Assembly: GCA_964252035.1 (NCBI GenBank)
Contig: OZ176200.1
From: Podarcis erhardii
Taxonomy: Eukaryota
Length of the DNA stretch: 64,000 bases
Strand: one strand, 5' to 3'
Shown here: positions 36,169 through 47,435 of the stretch, piece by piece
How positions within the stretch are numbered: position 1 is the stretch's first letter
Layout of the letters: every line of letters starts with the position of its first letter
The notes under the pieces: generated by a model
Told to the model about the DNA's origin: nothing
The model's input: only the letters and a program-made list of their open reading frames with translations
Databases searched by the model: none
Made by a program: the position numbers and the translations under genes

Positions 36169-36553
36169 GGTAAAAAGGTGAAGGACCCCTGGGCGGTTAA
36201 GTCCAGTCAAAGGCGACTATGAGGTTGCGGCACTCATCTCACTTTTCAGGCAGAGGGAGCCGGCATTTGTCCACAGACAGCTTTCTGGGTCATGTGGCCA
36301 GCATGACTAAACCACATCTGGCACAACAGAACACTGTTATGGAAACCAGAGCACATGGAAATGGTGTTTATCTTCCCACTGCAGCGGTACCTATTTATCT
36401 ACTTGCACTGGTGTGCTTTCGAACTGCTAGGTTGGCAGGACAGAGCAATGGGAGCTCACCTTGTTTGGGGGATTCAAACCACCAACCTTCTGATCAGCAA
36501 GCCCAAGAGGTTTAGCGGTTTAGTGGTTTAGACCACAGCGCCATCCTTGTCCC
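36169..36553 (-). mobile_element. Sauria SINE
   Basis: Full head-to-tail match to the other copies; 10-bp TSD AGTACAAAAT (36159-36168, 36555-36564). Confidence 0.9.
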
Positions 36554-37202
36554 TAGTACAAAATTACATTTACTGGCCATGCTGGTGTGTCGGTGTCAGA
36601 GCAAAATTATGAGTTCTGCTGACCATGTTGAGTGTTCCTTAACTGAGGCAACCACCCATTGACAAGGGCAATGAATAAGCTCAAGTCAAACTACAATGAA
36701 ATTTCACAGCCCCCATGTTGACTCAAAATGGGTATCTCGGAGCATCTCCAATCAACTCCTTAAAAAGCATTTACCTCTTAACTGCAGATCTTAACTGCAG
36801 ATCATGCTGTTAATTTTTAAACAAACCATCAGGTGAGATGAGTGGAAATATAATTATCAATCATGTGCTGGTATCACTTTGAGTTACTTGGGAAGGATCA
36901 ACCTGATTCATTTTATTATTTTAAAATTAAACCTAGGGGATCCAGAAGGTGCGTGTGAAGTATTTCACACAAATAGGTGCCAGATAATTTAGGAAATGAT
37001 GGGGCTGAGGAGCAGAAAGGGACTGAGATGTTTCTAGGGAAAGATATATCCCCAAAACACTTTATGAATAAGAAGCAGGCATATTTCTAACTTTTTTTAT
37101 TGCCCTCTGAAAAGAAGGAGAAATGTCTGTTTAAGATCCTCTGCAATCTAGGGAGCCAATGTTGAAGATCAAGTTGGTCTATGTGGATCTCAGAAACCCA
37201 AT

Positions 37203-37460
37203 GCTCAGAGTGCATGATATGGATGCAGAAGGTCCCAAGAACAATCCCTAGTGTCTCCAGGTAGATAAAACCCTAGAGAGCCACTGACACTCAGGGATCA
37301 GGGATCAGAGCCCCTCAAAATGTTGCTGGACTACAACTCTCATCAGCCCTAACCATTGCCCATGTTGGCTGGGGCTGTTGGAAGCTAGTGTCCAACATCT
37401 GGAGGGCCTTCACTCCTGGTGCAGATGATACTGAGCTATCGTATAAGACTGCTTTCTGAT
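37203..37460 (+). mobile_element. Degenerate Squam2-like SINE with a palindromic MITE inserted at about 37310-37400
   Basis: ATGCAGAAGGTCCCA...AAACCCTAGAGAGC, then the MITE core, then GATACTGAGCTA. Confidence 0.5.
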
Positions 37461-37945
37461 CTTTGGCTCCTCTGGATGCAACACCCCCTCAAGAAAACAA
37501 GAAAATCAAGGCTATTTTACTATTTTTATCCCAAAAGGTATAGGGAATATTAGGTCAATTTTCCAGTTGAGAGGATCATCTTTAGTCAATAATTTACCAG
37601 ATGAATTAAGCTTCTGTTTGTGGAAAGTCTCTAGGCAGAACTGGGATTCTCTCTCTTTGTCCTCCCGCCCTTCAGTCAATCAAATGTATTTGCTTTTTCT
37701 AGCTGCTGCAGGGATAAAATACAGATAAAATGTTTTGCTGGAATTTCCAAGGTCCCAACAGCATAGTTCCTCAAAAGTCTTCCTGTGAGGTAAGGAAATT
37801 CTACAATATCCATTCTGAAGGGGAGAAGAACAATGTAATGAAACTAGGTGAAAAGGCACATTAGAAGCCCATGAAAGGCCACAAAATCAACTCAGTCATT
37901 CTGTGGCTTTTTCTCGTTTTATGGGAAACAAAACTGTCTTTTCGC

Positions 37946-37954
37946 ACAATACAT

Positions 37955-38010
<56 letters not shown>
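37946..38010. repeat. (GT)n(GA)n compound microsatellite
   Basis: Direct reading. Confidence 0.9.
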
Positions 38011-38011
<1 letters not shown>

Positions 38012-38146
38012 AATCTCTTTATTATATACAGGCGGCGAAAAAGAGATGTTTCTTGACATCTAACTTGTAAAAAGCCCAACTTAACATCCAAACCACTCAA
38101 TGCCTGAGGGCAACGGTGCTCTTAGGGCAGCAGTATCTAACATGGC

Positions 38147-38509
38147 GGGTGGCGCTGTGGGTAAAACCTCAGCACCTGGGACTTGCCGATCGCATGGTCG
38201 GCGGTTCGAATCCCCGCAGCGGGGTGAGCTCCCGCCGTTTGGTCCCAGCTCCTGCCCACCTAGCAGTTCGAAAGCACCCTTAAGTGCAAGTAGATAAATA
38301 GGTACCGCTTTATAGCAGGAAGGTAAACGGCGTTTCCGTGTGCTGCGCTGGTGCTGGCTCGCCAGAACAGCTTCGTCAGGCTGGCCACGTGACCCGGAAG
38401 TGTCTGCGGACAGCGCTGGCTCCCGGCCTCTAGAGTGAGATGAGCGCACAACCTTAGAGTCTGTCAAGACTGGCCAGTACGGGCAGGGGTACCTTTAACT
38501 TTACCTTTT
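38147..38509 (+). mobile_element. Sauria SINE (different subfamily from the minus-strand copies)
   Basis: GGGTGGCGCTGTGGGTAAAACC head, GGTTCGAATCC B box, ACCTTT tail; 13-bp TSD TATCTAACATGGC (38134-38146, 38510-38522). Confidence 0.9.
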
Positions 38510-39612
38510 TATCTAACATGGCTCCCACCCAGATCTTTTTGGAATGCAGCTCCCACCAGTCCCATCCAGCAAAGTCAATGGTGGTGGTTGTTGTATTCCA
38601 ATGACATTTGGAGGGAACCATGTTGGCTACCATTGTGTTAGGGAGCGACCCATGTGGCCCTGAGCCTCAGCGCCAGGCCCCAGATCCCACACTCCTTTCC
38701 CTCTCTTTTCTAAAGAATATTTTTTTTTTATAAAAGGGGGTGTGGAAAGCATTATTACAGGGTGCAAAGGCAGTGCAGAGCTTCAGGCTCACTCCCTGTT
38801 CTGAGAAACGAAGTGATTGCTGTTTTCTGCACCACAAACTGCTTTCACCTTGACTGCTTTAAAGAAGCTCATTATCCCCTAAGTAAAGTGATGGGCACAA
38901 ACAAGCAATGGGTAGGTCCCTGCAGATATGCGGGGTGGGGGTGGGGGTATGCAGAGGTATGCAGAAAACATTGCTTTATTGAAGGGAAAAACTCTCCTCT
39001 TCCTCCTCACCTCACATCTACAAAAGATAGGGAGGGCCAAAGCTGCACTTATGCATTGCTTTCATGCTGTCTGGCAGCACAGAGCAGTACACAATCCATG
39101 AACCCACAGCTGCTGCCTTAGGTCCATCCAGGGGATACACAACTTTCAACACACATCCCCTTTGAGCCCAGCGCTGCCCCTTTATGCTTCAAGGGAAACA
39201 ACCTTGGAGGAACAGAGAGAGGGTCAACAAATTGTAAGGCCCGCGTGCCTTTGGACATGCATCCTCTGAAGCCAATTCTCTCCCTCACCCCTTTTAAGCC
39301 TTTTCCCCTTCAGCCAGGCCAGGACTCTGTGATGGCCTCAGGGGTATCACTGTCCATCCTGATTTCATTGTTGGGCTTTTAGTCCGGGGGATGAATGTGC
39401 TGTGTTCATTCCCTAAGCCCAAGACAAGTCGTCATCATGGTTTCAGGGTTGAACAGGGGGAGGGAGCAAGGTCTCCCCCCCCATACACACACAAAAAAAA
39501 TCTTCAGACCCTGAAACCATTACAGGAGTGGGACAGCTGCCATTCTAGCCCCTCTGTTTAAGCAGGGAATTATTTTGTTCCCTCAGAGTTCTCCCAAGTC
39601 TACTGAGTCCTT

Positions 39613-39983
39613 GAATTATGGTGCTGGAGGAGACTCTTGAGAGTCCCATGGACTGCAAGAAGATCAAACACATCCATTCTGAAGGAAATCAGCCCTGAGT
39701 GCTCACTGGAAGGACAGATCCTGAAGCTGAGGCTCCAATACTTTGGCCACCTCATGAGAAGAGAAGACTCCCTGGAAAAGACCCTGATGTTGGGAAAGAT
39801 GGAGGGCACAAGGAGAAGGGCACGACAGAGGATGAGATGGTTGGACAGTGTTCTTGAAGCTACAAACATGAGTCTGACCAAACTGCGGGAGGCAGTGGAA
39901 GACAGGAGTGCCTGGCGTGCTCTGGTTCATGGGGTCACAAAGAGTCGGACACGACTAAACGACTAAACAACAACAACAACAAC
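39613..39983 (+). mobile_element. BovB 3' fragment
   Basis: Same ORF2 C-terminus as 33000-33520; (CAA)n tail; 11-bp TSD ACTGAGTCCTT (39602-39612, 39984-39994). Confidence 0.95.
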
Positions 39984-40083
39984 ACTGAGTCCTTTGTTAC
40001 CCAAATGGCATAAAGAGGCTGATGTGGATGGCTCTACTTGCTCTGCCTCTCTTCTCTTCCCTTCTCCCTGCTCCATGGTGTAA

Positions 40084-40219
40084 CAGGCATCCCCAACCTG
40101 CAGCCCTCCAGAAGTTTTGGCCTACAACTCCCATGATCCCTAGCTGACAGGACCAGTGGTCAGGGATGATGGGAATTGTAGTCCAAAACATCTGGAGGGC
40201 CAAAGGTTGGGGATGCCTG
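40084..40219. mobile_element. Complete palindromic MITE (hAT-like)
   Basis: Perfect 16-bp TIR CAGGCATCCCCAACCT / AGGTTGGGGATGCCTG; the interior is also self-complementary. Confidence 0.85.
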
Positions 40220-41224
40220 GTTGTAAGAATGACCATGAAGGAGGGACAAATTAACTTCAGAGAATGTGCACCTACAGACAGGCATTCCCGAGCCCCATGT
40301 TCCGTTTAAAGATGGCAACACGCAAGGAAGTGATGTCAATTCTTCACTTGACTCATCCCTGATTGAACCTGGACACACACGTGTCCTTCTTGTTATGATG
40401 AATATTCTTGTCTAGAATATGCTTCAAAATTATCATCATAGAGAGTCATTTCACACAAAATTTCCAAGACAAATGCCACCTTTGTGTAGGGAAAGTGCAT
40501 GTTTGTACACTGAGATATGTACAACAGGCACATGTCCCTGAATGCATCTGTTTTGGGTGAAGAAGCAGCCATTATCCCACCCCCCAGAAGTGATAAACTA
40601 TGGGGACAATGTTCAGCTTCCTCCTACAGCTTCAGATAAGTGTGCACTAAAGACAGGGGTTTGGCTCAGTTAATGACACCAGTGGTATGAAATCTGTAGA
40701 CTCCTTGGAGCTTGGTTTAAAGCTTTTCAAATGACTTTTCCATCATGTTATATTAATTCACATAATTCACTCAATATTCCATGCATATGTATTTTTCCTA
40801 TGAGTCTTGAATGTTAACATTCCCTGCACAGGTATTTATAGTTCCTCAGCACATTTCCCTCCACAGACTGCTGCTGCTGTGTAAGTGTGAGGGGTGTTTC
40901 TCTCTCTCTCCCCCTCCTCTTTTTTTTTTTAAAAAAAACTATTTTCAAGCCTAGTTGTCTAGATAAACAGCTCATCCTGTAGTTAAAGTGTTTCTGGACT
41001 GTACCACTTCAGGCTGCAGGTAAAAGATTGACTGGTTGAATGTTCTTCCAAATTAAAAACTACCATCACATAGAAAATTAGATTCAAAGAGAGTAAGAGA
41101 TCTAGCTTAACCTTCTCCCCTAGGCCTTCAATATATAGGATACGCCCCCTCCAGTGGGGAAACATTTATACAGTCTGAAATGGTATAGTCCAGGAACAGT
41201 TTACCACATGCTGCGCGTTCTGTG

Positions 41225-41422
41225 TAGGGACATAGGAAGCTGCTTTTTACTGAGTCAGTCCAGTGGTCCATCTAGCTCAGAATTGTCCACACTGACTGGC
41301 AACAGCTTTTTTGGAATTTCATACAATGAACCTCTCCAGTCCTACCTGGAGATGCCAGGGATGGAAACTGGGACCTTCTGCATACAAAGGAATGTTCTAC
41401 CACTGAGCTGTGGCCCTTCCCC
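41225..41422 (-). mobile_element. Squam2-like tRNA-derived SINE
   Basis: Reverse strand GGGGAAGGGCCACAGCTCAGTGGTAGAAC...GAAGGTCCCAG...TGAGCTAGATGGACC...CAGCTTCCTATG. Confidence 0.8.
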
Positions 41423-41875
41423 ATATATCCTCCTCATTTCCCCCCATTGCTGCCATACTTCCTGTGTGATCTTGAACAGCTCACCTACTTCACCATGCCT
41501 CTGTTTCCCTATCTGTAGAAGCAACAACAAAATTTCCCCTCCAGAACACCCCCACTCCACATCTTGGGATGACACATCACCTCCCTAAGCTTCCTCTCAC
41601 CATTAACTTCTGACCCCAATGCATGTCTTTATGGCAGCATTTTATTCCCATTCGCTGTTGACTTCAACATTCACGTTGACATCCTGTCTCTACTGCTTCC
41701 GTCTTGCTACCCCCTCGATCATCATTATGGCATCTCCCAACTGGTTTCCCCAGGCACTGCAATGACTTTTCTTAAAGTCATCTTCAGGGAGTTATTCTAA
41801 ATTCTGAAGAAACCACCTCTTGACCTTCTTTGGAAGTGCTCTGAACATTTTGCCTAGGAAAAGCATAAAAGCATA

Positions 41876-42101
41876 CAGTGGTACCTCAGGTTACATACAC
41901 TTCAGGTTACAGACTCCGCTAATCCAGAAATAGTGCTTCAGGTTAAGAACTTTGCTTCAGGATGAGAACAGAAATCATGCTCCGGCAGCAAGGCAGCAGC
42001 AGGAGGCCTCATTAGCTAAAGTGGTGCTTCAGGTTAAGAACAGTTTCAGGTTAAGAACAGACCTCTGGAACAAATTAAGTACTTAACCTGAGGTACCACT
42101 G
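41876..42101. mobile_element. Tigger/pogo-like MITE
   Basis: TA TSD; TIR CAGTGGTACCTCAGGTTA / TAACCTGAGGTACCACTG. Confidence 0.9.
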
Positions 42102-42270
42102 TATTTATGCATTTATGTGAAATTGTGTTTGAGACTTGCCAGCACAACCATGTAGTGGGGAAGGATTCTACGTCTAAAAATTTGCCTACCTGGAAAAGGG
42201 TCCTATCTAGCCAGATGGAAAGTTTTACCCCGGTGGGAAACTTGCCATGAACAGTATTATTTCCCTAAAT

Positions 42271-42372
42271 CAGAGGGAGTAGCCGTGTCAAAACAACGAA
42301 GAACATCTTAAAGGCTAACAGAATGATTGAGCGCAAACCTTTGTGGACCAGAATCCACTTCATTAGGTGTGT
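42271..42372 (-). mobile_element. Old Penelope-like element 3' end with a decayed hammerhead
   Basis: GAGGGAGTAGCCGTGT terminus and CTTAAAGGCTAACAG block; the reverse strand has CTAATGAAGTGGA...TCCACAAAGG. Confidence 0.6.
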
Positions 42373-43619
42373 GAATTATAAGTATTATCCACAACTGGTG
42401 TTTGCATGCATACATATACAAAGGTATAGATGGGGAGGAATGGGGCCAAATAACAAAGAAGTGCAAAAAGTTAAAGTCTTTGACAAATTCTTTCAAAGCT
42501 TAAGATAGGCAAAGTAACCATTCACAACTGCATTAATGGGTGATGACACAAACACAGCCATTGGGATGGGTGATAGTTCAGAAATCTCTGGTGGGATGAT
42601 TGTGTTATCCTCAGTTACAGCTATTGTGAATGATCACATTGCTTATCACCAGCTTGATACAGAATTGTATATTTTTCTCATTTCGTGGTGATATGGCCCT
42701 ATTCCCTCCCTCTATTGATGGATGTGACGTGAAAGAGAAAGATAAAGCACCAAGTGATAAGACTTCATGCACTAGATGCTTCTAGGCCATTAAAAATTTG
42801 TTATTCTTTAAGGTACCACTGGGCTGTTTTCTTGTTTTACATCCAAACAGGAATTCAGAAGAGAGCATGGGCAGCAAAGAGAAAAATGGGTAACGTGACC
42901 AGAACATCGGAGGAAGATGTGTGAGGAAGAGGAAACGGTAACCAGGGTGCAACCTAAGAAGTATCAGTCTAAGCAACAATGAGTTAGGGAAGTAACCTGA
43001 TAAGTTTACTGGGATAGTCTTTGAATGTTGATGTCCCTCACCTTGTCTTAACCCCATGCAAACCCCTCTTCTGCAAGCTGAGTTGCACAATTATAAAAGA
43101 CATACCTTTTCTAAATGCAGGACACTTCCAGACTGTCACTATTTTTTCAATGATAAACCTCCAAATTCAGGTTGGACAATTCAAGTTGATGCGGAAGTCT
43201 TGGGCAACAAACCCATTTCTACCCCAAAATTGGACTTGTTGCAATAAGGAAAGTGGCAAGGAGAGGCAATGGCAAGTGTGGGATGACGCTTGTCACAATT
43301 GTCATCTAACTTCTCTGAAAACAAACTAGAATGAATTCTCGATAAACAACCAACAACATCTGCTCTCATGGCAAACAAATCAAGATGGATGTTCAACAAA
43401 TGGGTCATCTAGAAGTGACTTCAGATTTTCTCTTGGAGAAGACTGTCAAGAGTTTCAAATATATTGGGTTTCTGTTACATTTTCTTGTAGCTTAACTTGG
43501 ATTCATTCATTCTGATGAGCTGGAGACTGGTCCTAGCCATCTCCCCTCTTCTGCAACGTAAGATCAATGTTGCCGTCATCCTCAAAGGAGAGACAGTTGC
43601 ATCTGCATAGCCAGCCAAG

Positions 43620-43886
43620 GTGTGCAGATTGAGTTGCAATCACAGCAGTGGAGGAGAGGGCTGTCAATGGCTTCTAGCCATGATGGCTATGCTCTGTCTC
43701 CACAGTCAGAGGCAGCGATGCTTGTGAGTAGCAGTTCCTGGGAATTGCAGGAGGAGACGAGTTCTTGTGTGCTTGAATCCTGCTTGTGGGTGTCCCACAG
43801 GCATCTAGCTGACCACTGTGAGAACATGATGTTGGACTAGATGGGCCATGGGCCTGATCCAGCAGGCTTTTCTTATGCTTTTATGT
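43620..43886 (+). mobile_element. CR1 3' UTR fragment
   Basis: Ends GTTGGACTAGATGGGCCATGGGCCTGATCCAGCAGGCTTTTCTTATGCTTTTATG. Confidence 0.7.
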
Positions 43887-46160
43887 TTGGTGTTGTATGG
43901 TAAACCATATATTTATCAGATGACAGATGCTGAGAACTTGTGACCAAGACAATTGTAGGGTCTGTATGCAAATCTCTAGATCCAATGAGGTAGATCATAT
44001 GCTCATCACAAGGTATTTTGTATGAGAATCTTGCATTTATTAAAGTCAAATGTCTAGCCCACATAATTACAGAAGAAATGATTTTTTTGTTTTACAAAAG
44101 CACAAAAACATTGATGTAGTGAAAATGGGATGAATTTGAGCAACATCTTGCCCCATAACCTGCCCAGTATGGTGGGTGGGAACTATTTTTCTTTGTCAGA
44201 AATGATTGAAACAGAAAATGTCATAAGCAAGTTTCATAATGGTTAATGATTGGCATATATATTATTTGCAAAATCACTTTGCACCAGGATTTAGTGAAAA
44301 TGTTTGTTTCTCAATAGGTTTTGATGATGAGCTCCTCTTTTTATTGCTATAGGTTTAAAACATTGGAGGAATCACCAGCATTAAATGAGAGCATTAGGGG
44401 AGAAATGTTAATGGACTGGATCACAGGGTGTAGTTTGCATAGAGAGGTTTTTTACGAAGTACAGCTTCAATCTTCTTTGTACTTAGATCGAGTGTTATCT
44501 TTTATTACATCATAGTTTTCCTTTAAGCTGTTGGGATGTTGGATTAGGTGAGGAATTCCACCGTCCTTTGCTTTTAAATAGCATGGCTATGATATCACTA
44601 GATTCCTTTCTGAACCCCCCACCCTGAATTCTCTCTCTCCAGTTCTCCACCCTGGTTTCAAAATCCCATTTGACCCTTTCATTACCATGGTCTACAAACC
44701 TTCTTGTGACAGTAAAACATGGGTAATTGCACTGAAAATACCAATACCAATAACACAGTTAAAATACATAAATCTTAGAGGACCAGACCATAAGATTTAA
44801 GTTATTTGGGTGAATGAGAAAGACTTTTACCCAGCACAAAAATGACCATAAGGTGGCAGATTAACCATAACCAGGGTGCAAGTACCAACAAGGTCCTCTC
44901 CCTGGTAGTTACCTGTCACATTTCATTTAGTGGGGGAATTCATAGTGGGGCTTCTGAAGAAGATCTTGCAAACTCTCCCCATGCCCTACTGCTCAGTGGT
45001 TGGACTCCTTGCACACATGGTGTTGCTGGGTGCATGAGTGAGACTGGCAATGCCTCATTCAGTCAGTGAAAAGCTCAAATTAATTAGAAGTCAGTGACTG
45101 GTTCCTGGAGGAGCAAAGCAGCACATTTCAGAAGAAATCTCCTAAGTGTACAGGAAGCATTCTCAGTGCTCAAAGTCAGCATTCACTAAATGCCTTTATG
45201 CAGAAGAGGCTTTCACTAGAAAGGGAATGGTTTGGTAACGTTTCAGTGGATGTCCAGAAATCATGAGATCTGATAAGGACGTTGTCCATCCGTTGCTTAG
45301 CTATGATGTAGACTGGATTCAGATTTCCAGAGTCTGGCATCTTATTACTATTTGGATTAAGCTCATGTGCATTTTCAGAAAATTTTCTTTTGTGCTGCTG
45401 TTCTCTAGGCATGGAAGGTGTTGCCTGAAAATCTCGCTGCTTCTCATTATTCCTTTTAAACTCTCTTGCACCATGATGTGTTGATTTAAAGCACCAAAGC
45501 AAGAAAGCTCTTCTGTACATTATATGGACTCAATTTTTACTATACATGGGTTGCTCAGACTCCAGATTTTGTCCAAATCTAGGCCATGTGTGCTATTTTA
45601 CAGGTGACACACATCTCAGTTTGAAGGAGTCCTCTCTTCGAAGGGCTGTTCATCAGAAGTCCAATTTAAAGAGCCATAAGAAGGAAGGGTCTGGATCTTG
45701 AAGTCTGCCACCAGCAGATAGCACCTGGGCAGCAAACAGATTAGAAACACAGATTGTCACTTGGTCCCACTCTTGTTTTCCACTATGGTGAAACACATTG
45801 TGTTTCTATTTTAATTATTGTAATTCTCTCTAAATTTGAATTGCATATGCAGATAAAGCTCCTAGGTCCTAAGCAACAGTGAGGACATAATCAGTGCAAA
45901 GCATATTGGGCACGTAGAAAACTCTTTCATGCCAAGAATAGGGTCTGCTTGCATCCCCTTCTTTTTTTTTACATTAGGTCTCAAAGATGGGCATTTGTGA
46001 GGGACTGAATTAGTGGTATGGGGGATTTGACCCCAAATAATGTTGTTTTGTGCTATAGCCCAACCTCTAAAGCAGGTGTTGCTAACCCATGGTGGGCCAT
46101 TCATAGCAATTTTTATGGGACACTCCCAACACCCAAACAATTTTGGCGACTGGAGGAAAA

Positions 46161-46294
46161 ATCATAGAATAATACAGTTGTAGAGTTGGAAGAGACTATG
46201 CTCAATTCCCTTCACTGCAGCTATTTTTTGCCCAGGGTGGGGGTCAAACCCACAGCCCTGAGATGAAGAGTCTCATGCTCTATTGACTGAGTAG
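46161..46294 (-). mobile_element. tRNA-Lys(CTT)-derived head joined to a CR1-type tail (SINE-like)
   Basis: Reverse strand CTCAGTCAATAGAGCATGAGACTCTTCATCTCAGGGCTGTGGGTTTGACCCCCACCCTGGGC closely resembles vertebrate tRNA-Lys-CTT, followed by TTCCAACTCTACAA...ATTCTATGAT. Confidence 0.75.
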
Positions 46295-47257
46295 ATATGG
46301 CATCCCCCCACAGACACCCTCCTAAACTAATCCACTAGAGAGGGCTGTATCCAGTTTGTTTGTTCTGTGTGTCCTGACTGTGTGGTATATGTATGCCATG
46401 CATATATATATGAGAGAGAGAGAGAGCGCGCGCGAGAGAGAGAGCGCGCACATGCCCACATTTGACCACGCCTGCCACTGGCATGTGGTACCCGGAGGAT
46501 TGGCTGAGGGTGAATTGGACCAAGAAAGATTAGCCATCCTTGCACTTAAGGCCCTATCCAGATCCATTTCAAAACAGATCCAGATCCAAAATAGATATGT
46601 GAATATGAAGGGTGGAGTCTCAAGATCTGGGGAAGGAAGGTGTTTGAGTCCAGGGAGGTTTCGTGAAATTAATGGGCATCTTTAATTTGGGAGACAGGAC
46701 TCTGGAATTATGTAATTGTCAAACAGAGATTATATAAAACTCTGGAAGATTAATATTTTCTTGAACTGTCCTACAGAGCCAGTGTGGCAAAACAGAATGG
46801 GGGCTGAGTTTAAAGAGGCAGAAAGTTCAGCTCTTCCATGAAACTCTCAGGGTGGTCTTGAACAAGCCAAAATGCCTCCTAACAGAGGCTGTCTGTAGGA
46901 TAAAAATAAGATAGCCCCATGTACACCACTCTGAGCTCCTTGTACAAGCACATGCCATAAATATAGACTTCATAAAGAAGGGGCACTAAATCCCCAATCC
47001 ACCACTGATAAAGGTGCCTAAAGTGGTTGACGGCTCTACAATTTCTGATAAAAGCCCATACGAGGAAGCAAATGTTCTTAATAAGCAAAACCCACATGGT
47101 CACCACTATCTCTCCAGTGCTTAACATTCTGCTCTGCGCTGGACAAAGAATAAAACAAAAGCCCTGGCTGGAAAGTCTTAGCAATCTAATAGGAAGAAAG
47201 GTTTGGAGTGAGAAGGAGGAAACAACCAAAATGAAGTACATGAAAGCTGTATAACAT

Positions 47258-47435
47258 AGGAGCCAACTCCCAGGGGCTGAGGTCCCTTCACCCCTCCAAT
47301 AAAATATTTGAGGGGGCTCCCCCCAATTTGATGGGCATTGCCATTCAAATGGTGTGTGTGCACCATATCATGTGATTAATCATGCGGGGCAGGTACCCCC
47401 CCAATGTTTCATTCAAGTTGGCACCCTTCCTGTCC
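47258..47435. mobile_element. MITE (hAT-like), related to 4793-4979
   Basis: AGGAGCCAACT / AGTTGGCACCCT ends and a shared core. Confidence 0.6.

Noticed and set aside
43021-43329. Overlapping 102-aa and 63-aa ORFs next to Penelope-like remnants
   Set aside because: No RT or GIY-YIG motif recognised in any frame.
46229-46294. Functional tRNA-Lys gene
   Set aside because: The 5' acceptor stem is missing, the arms carry several substitutions, and it is fused to a CR1-type tail; treated as a SINE head.
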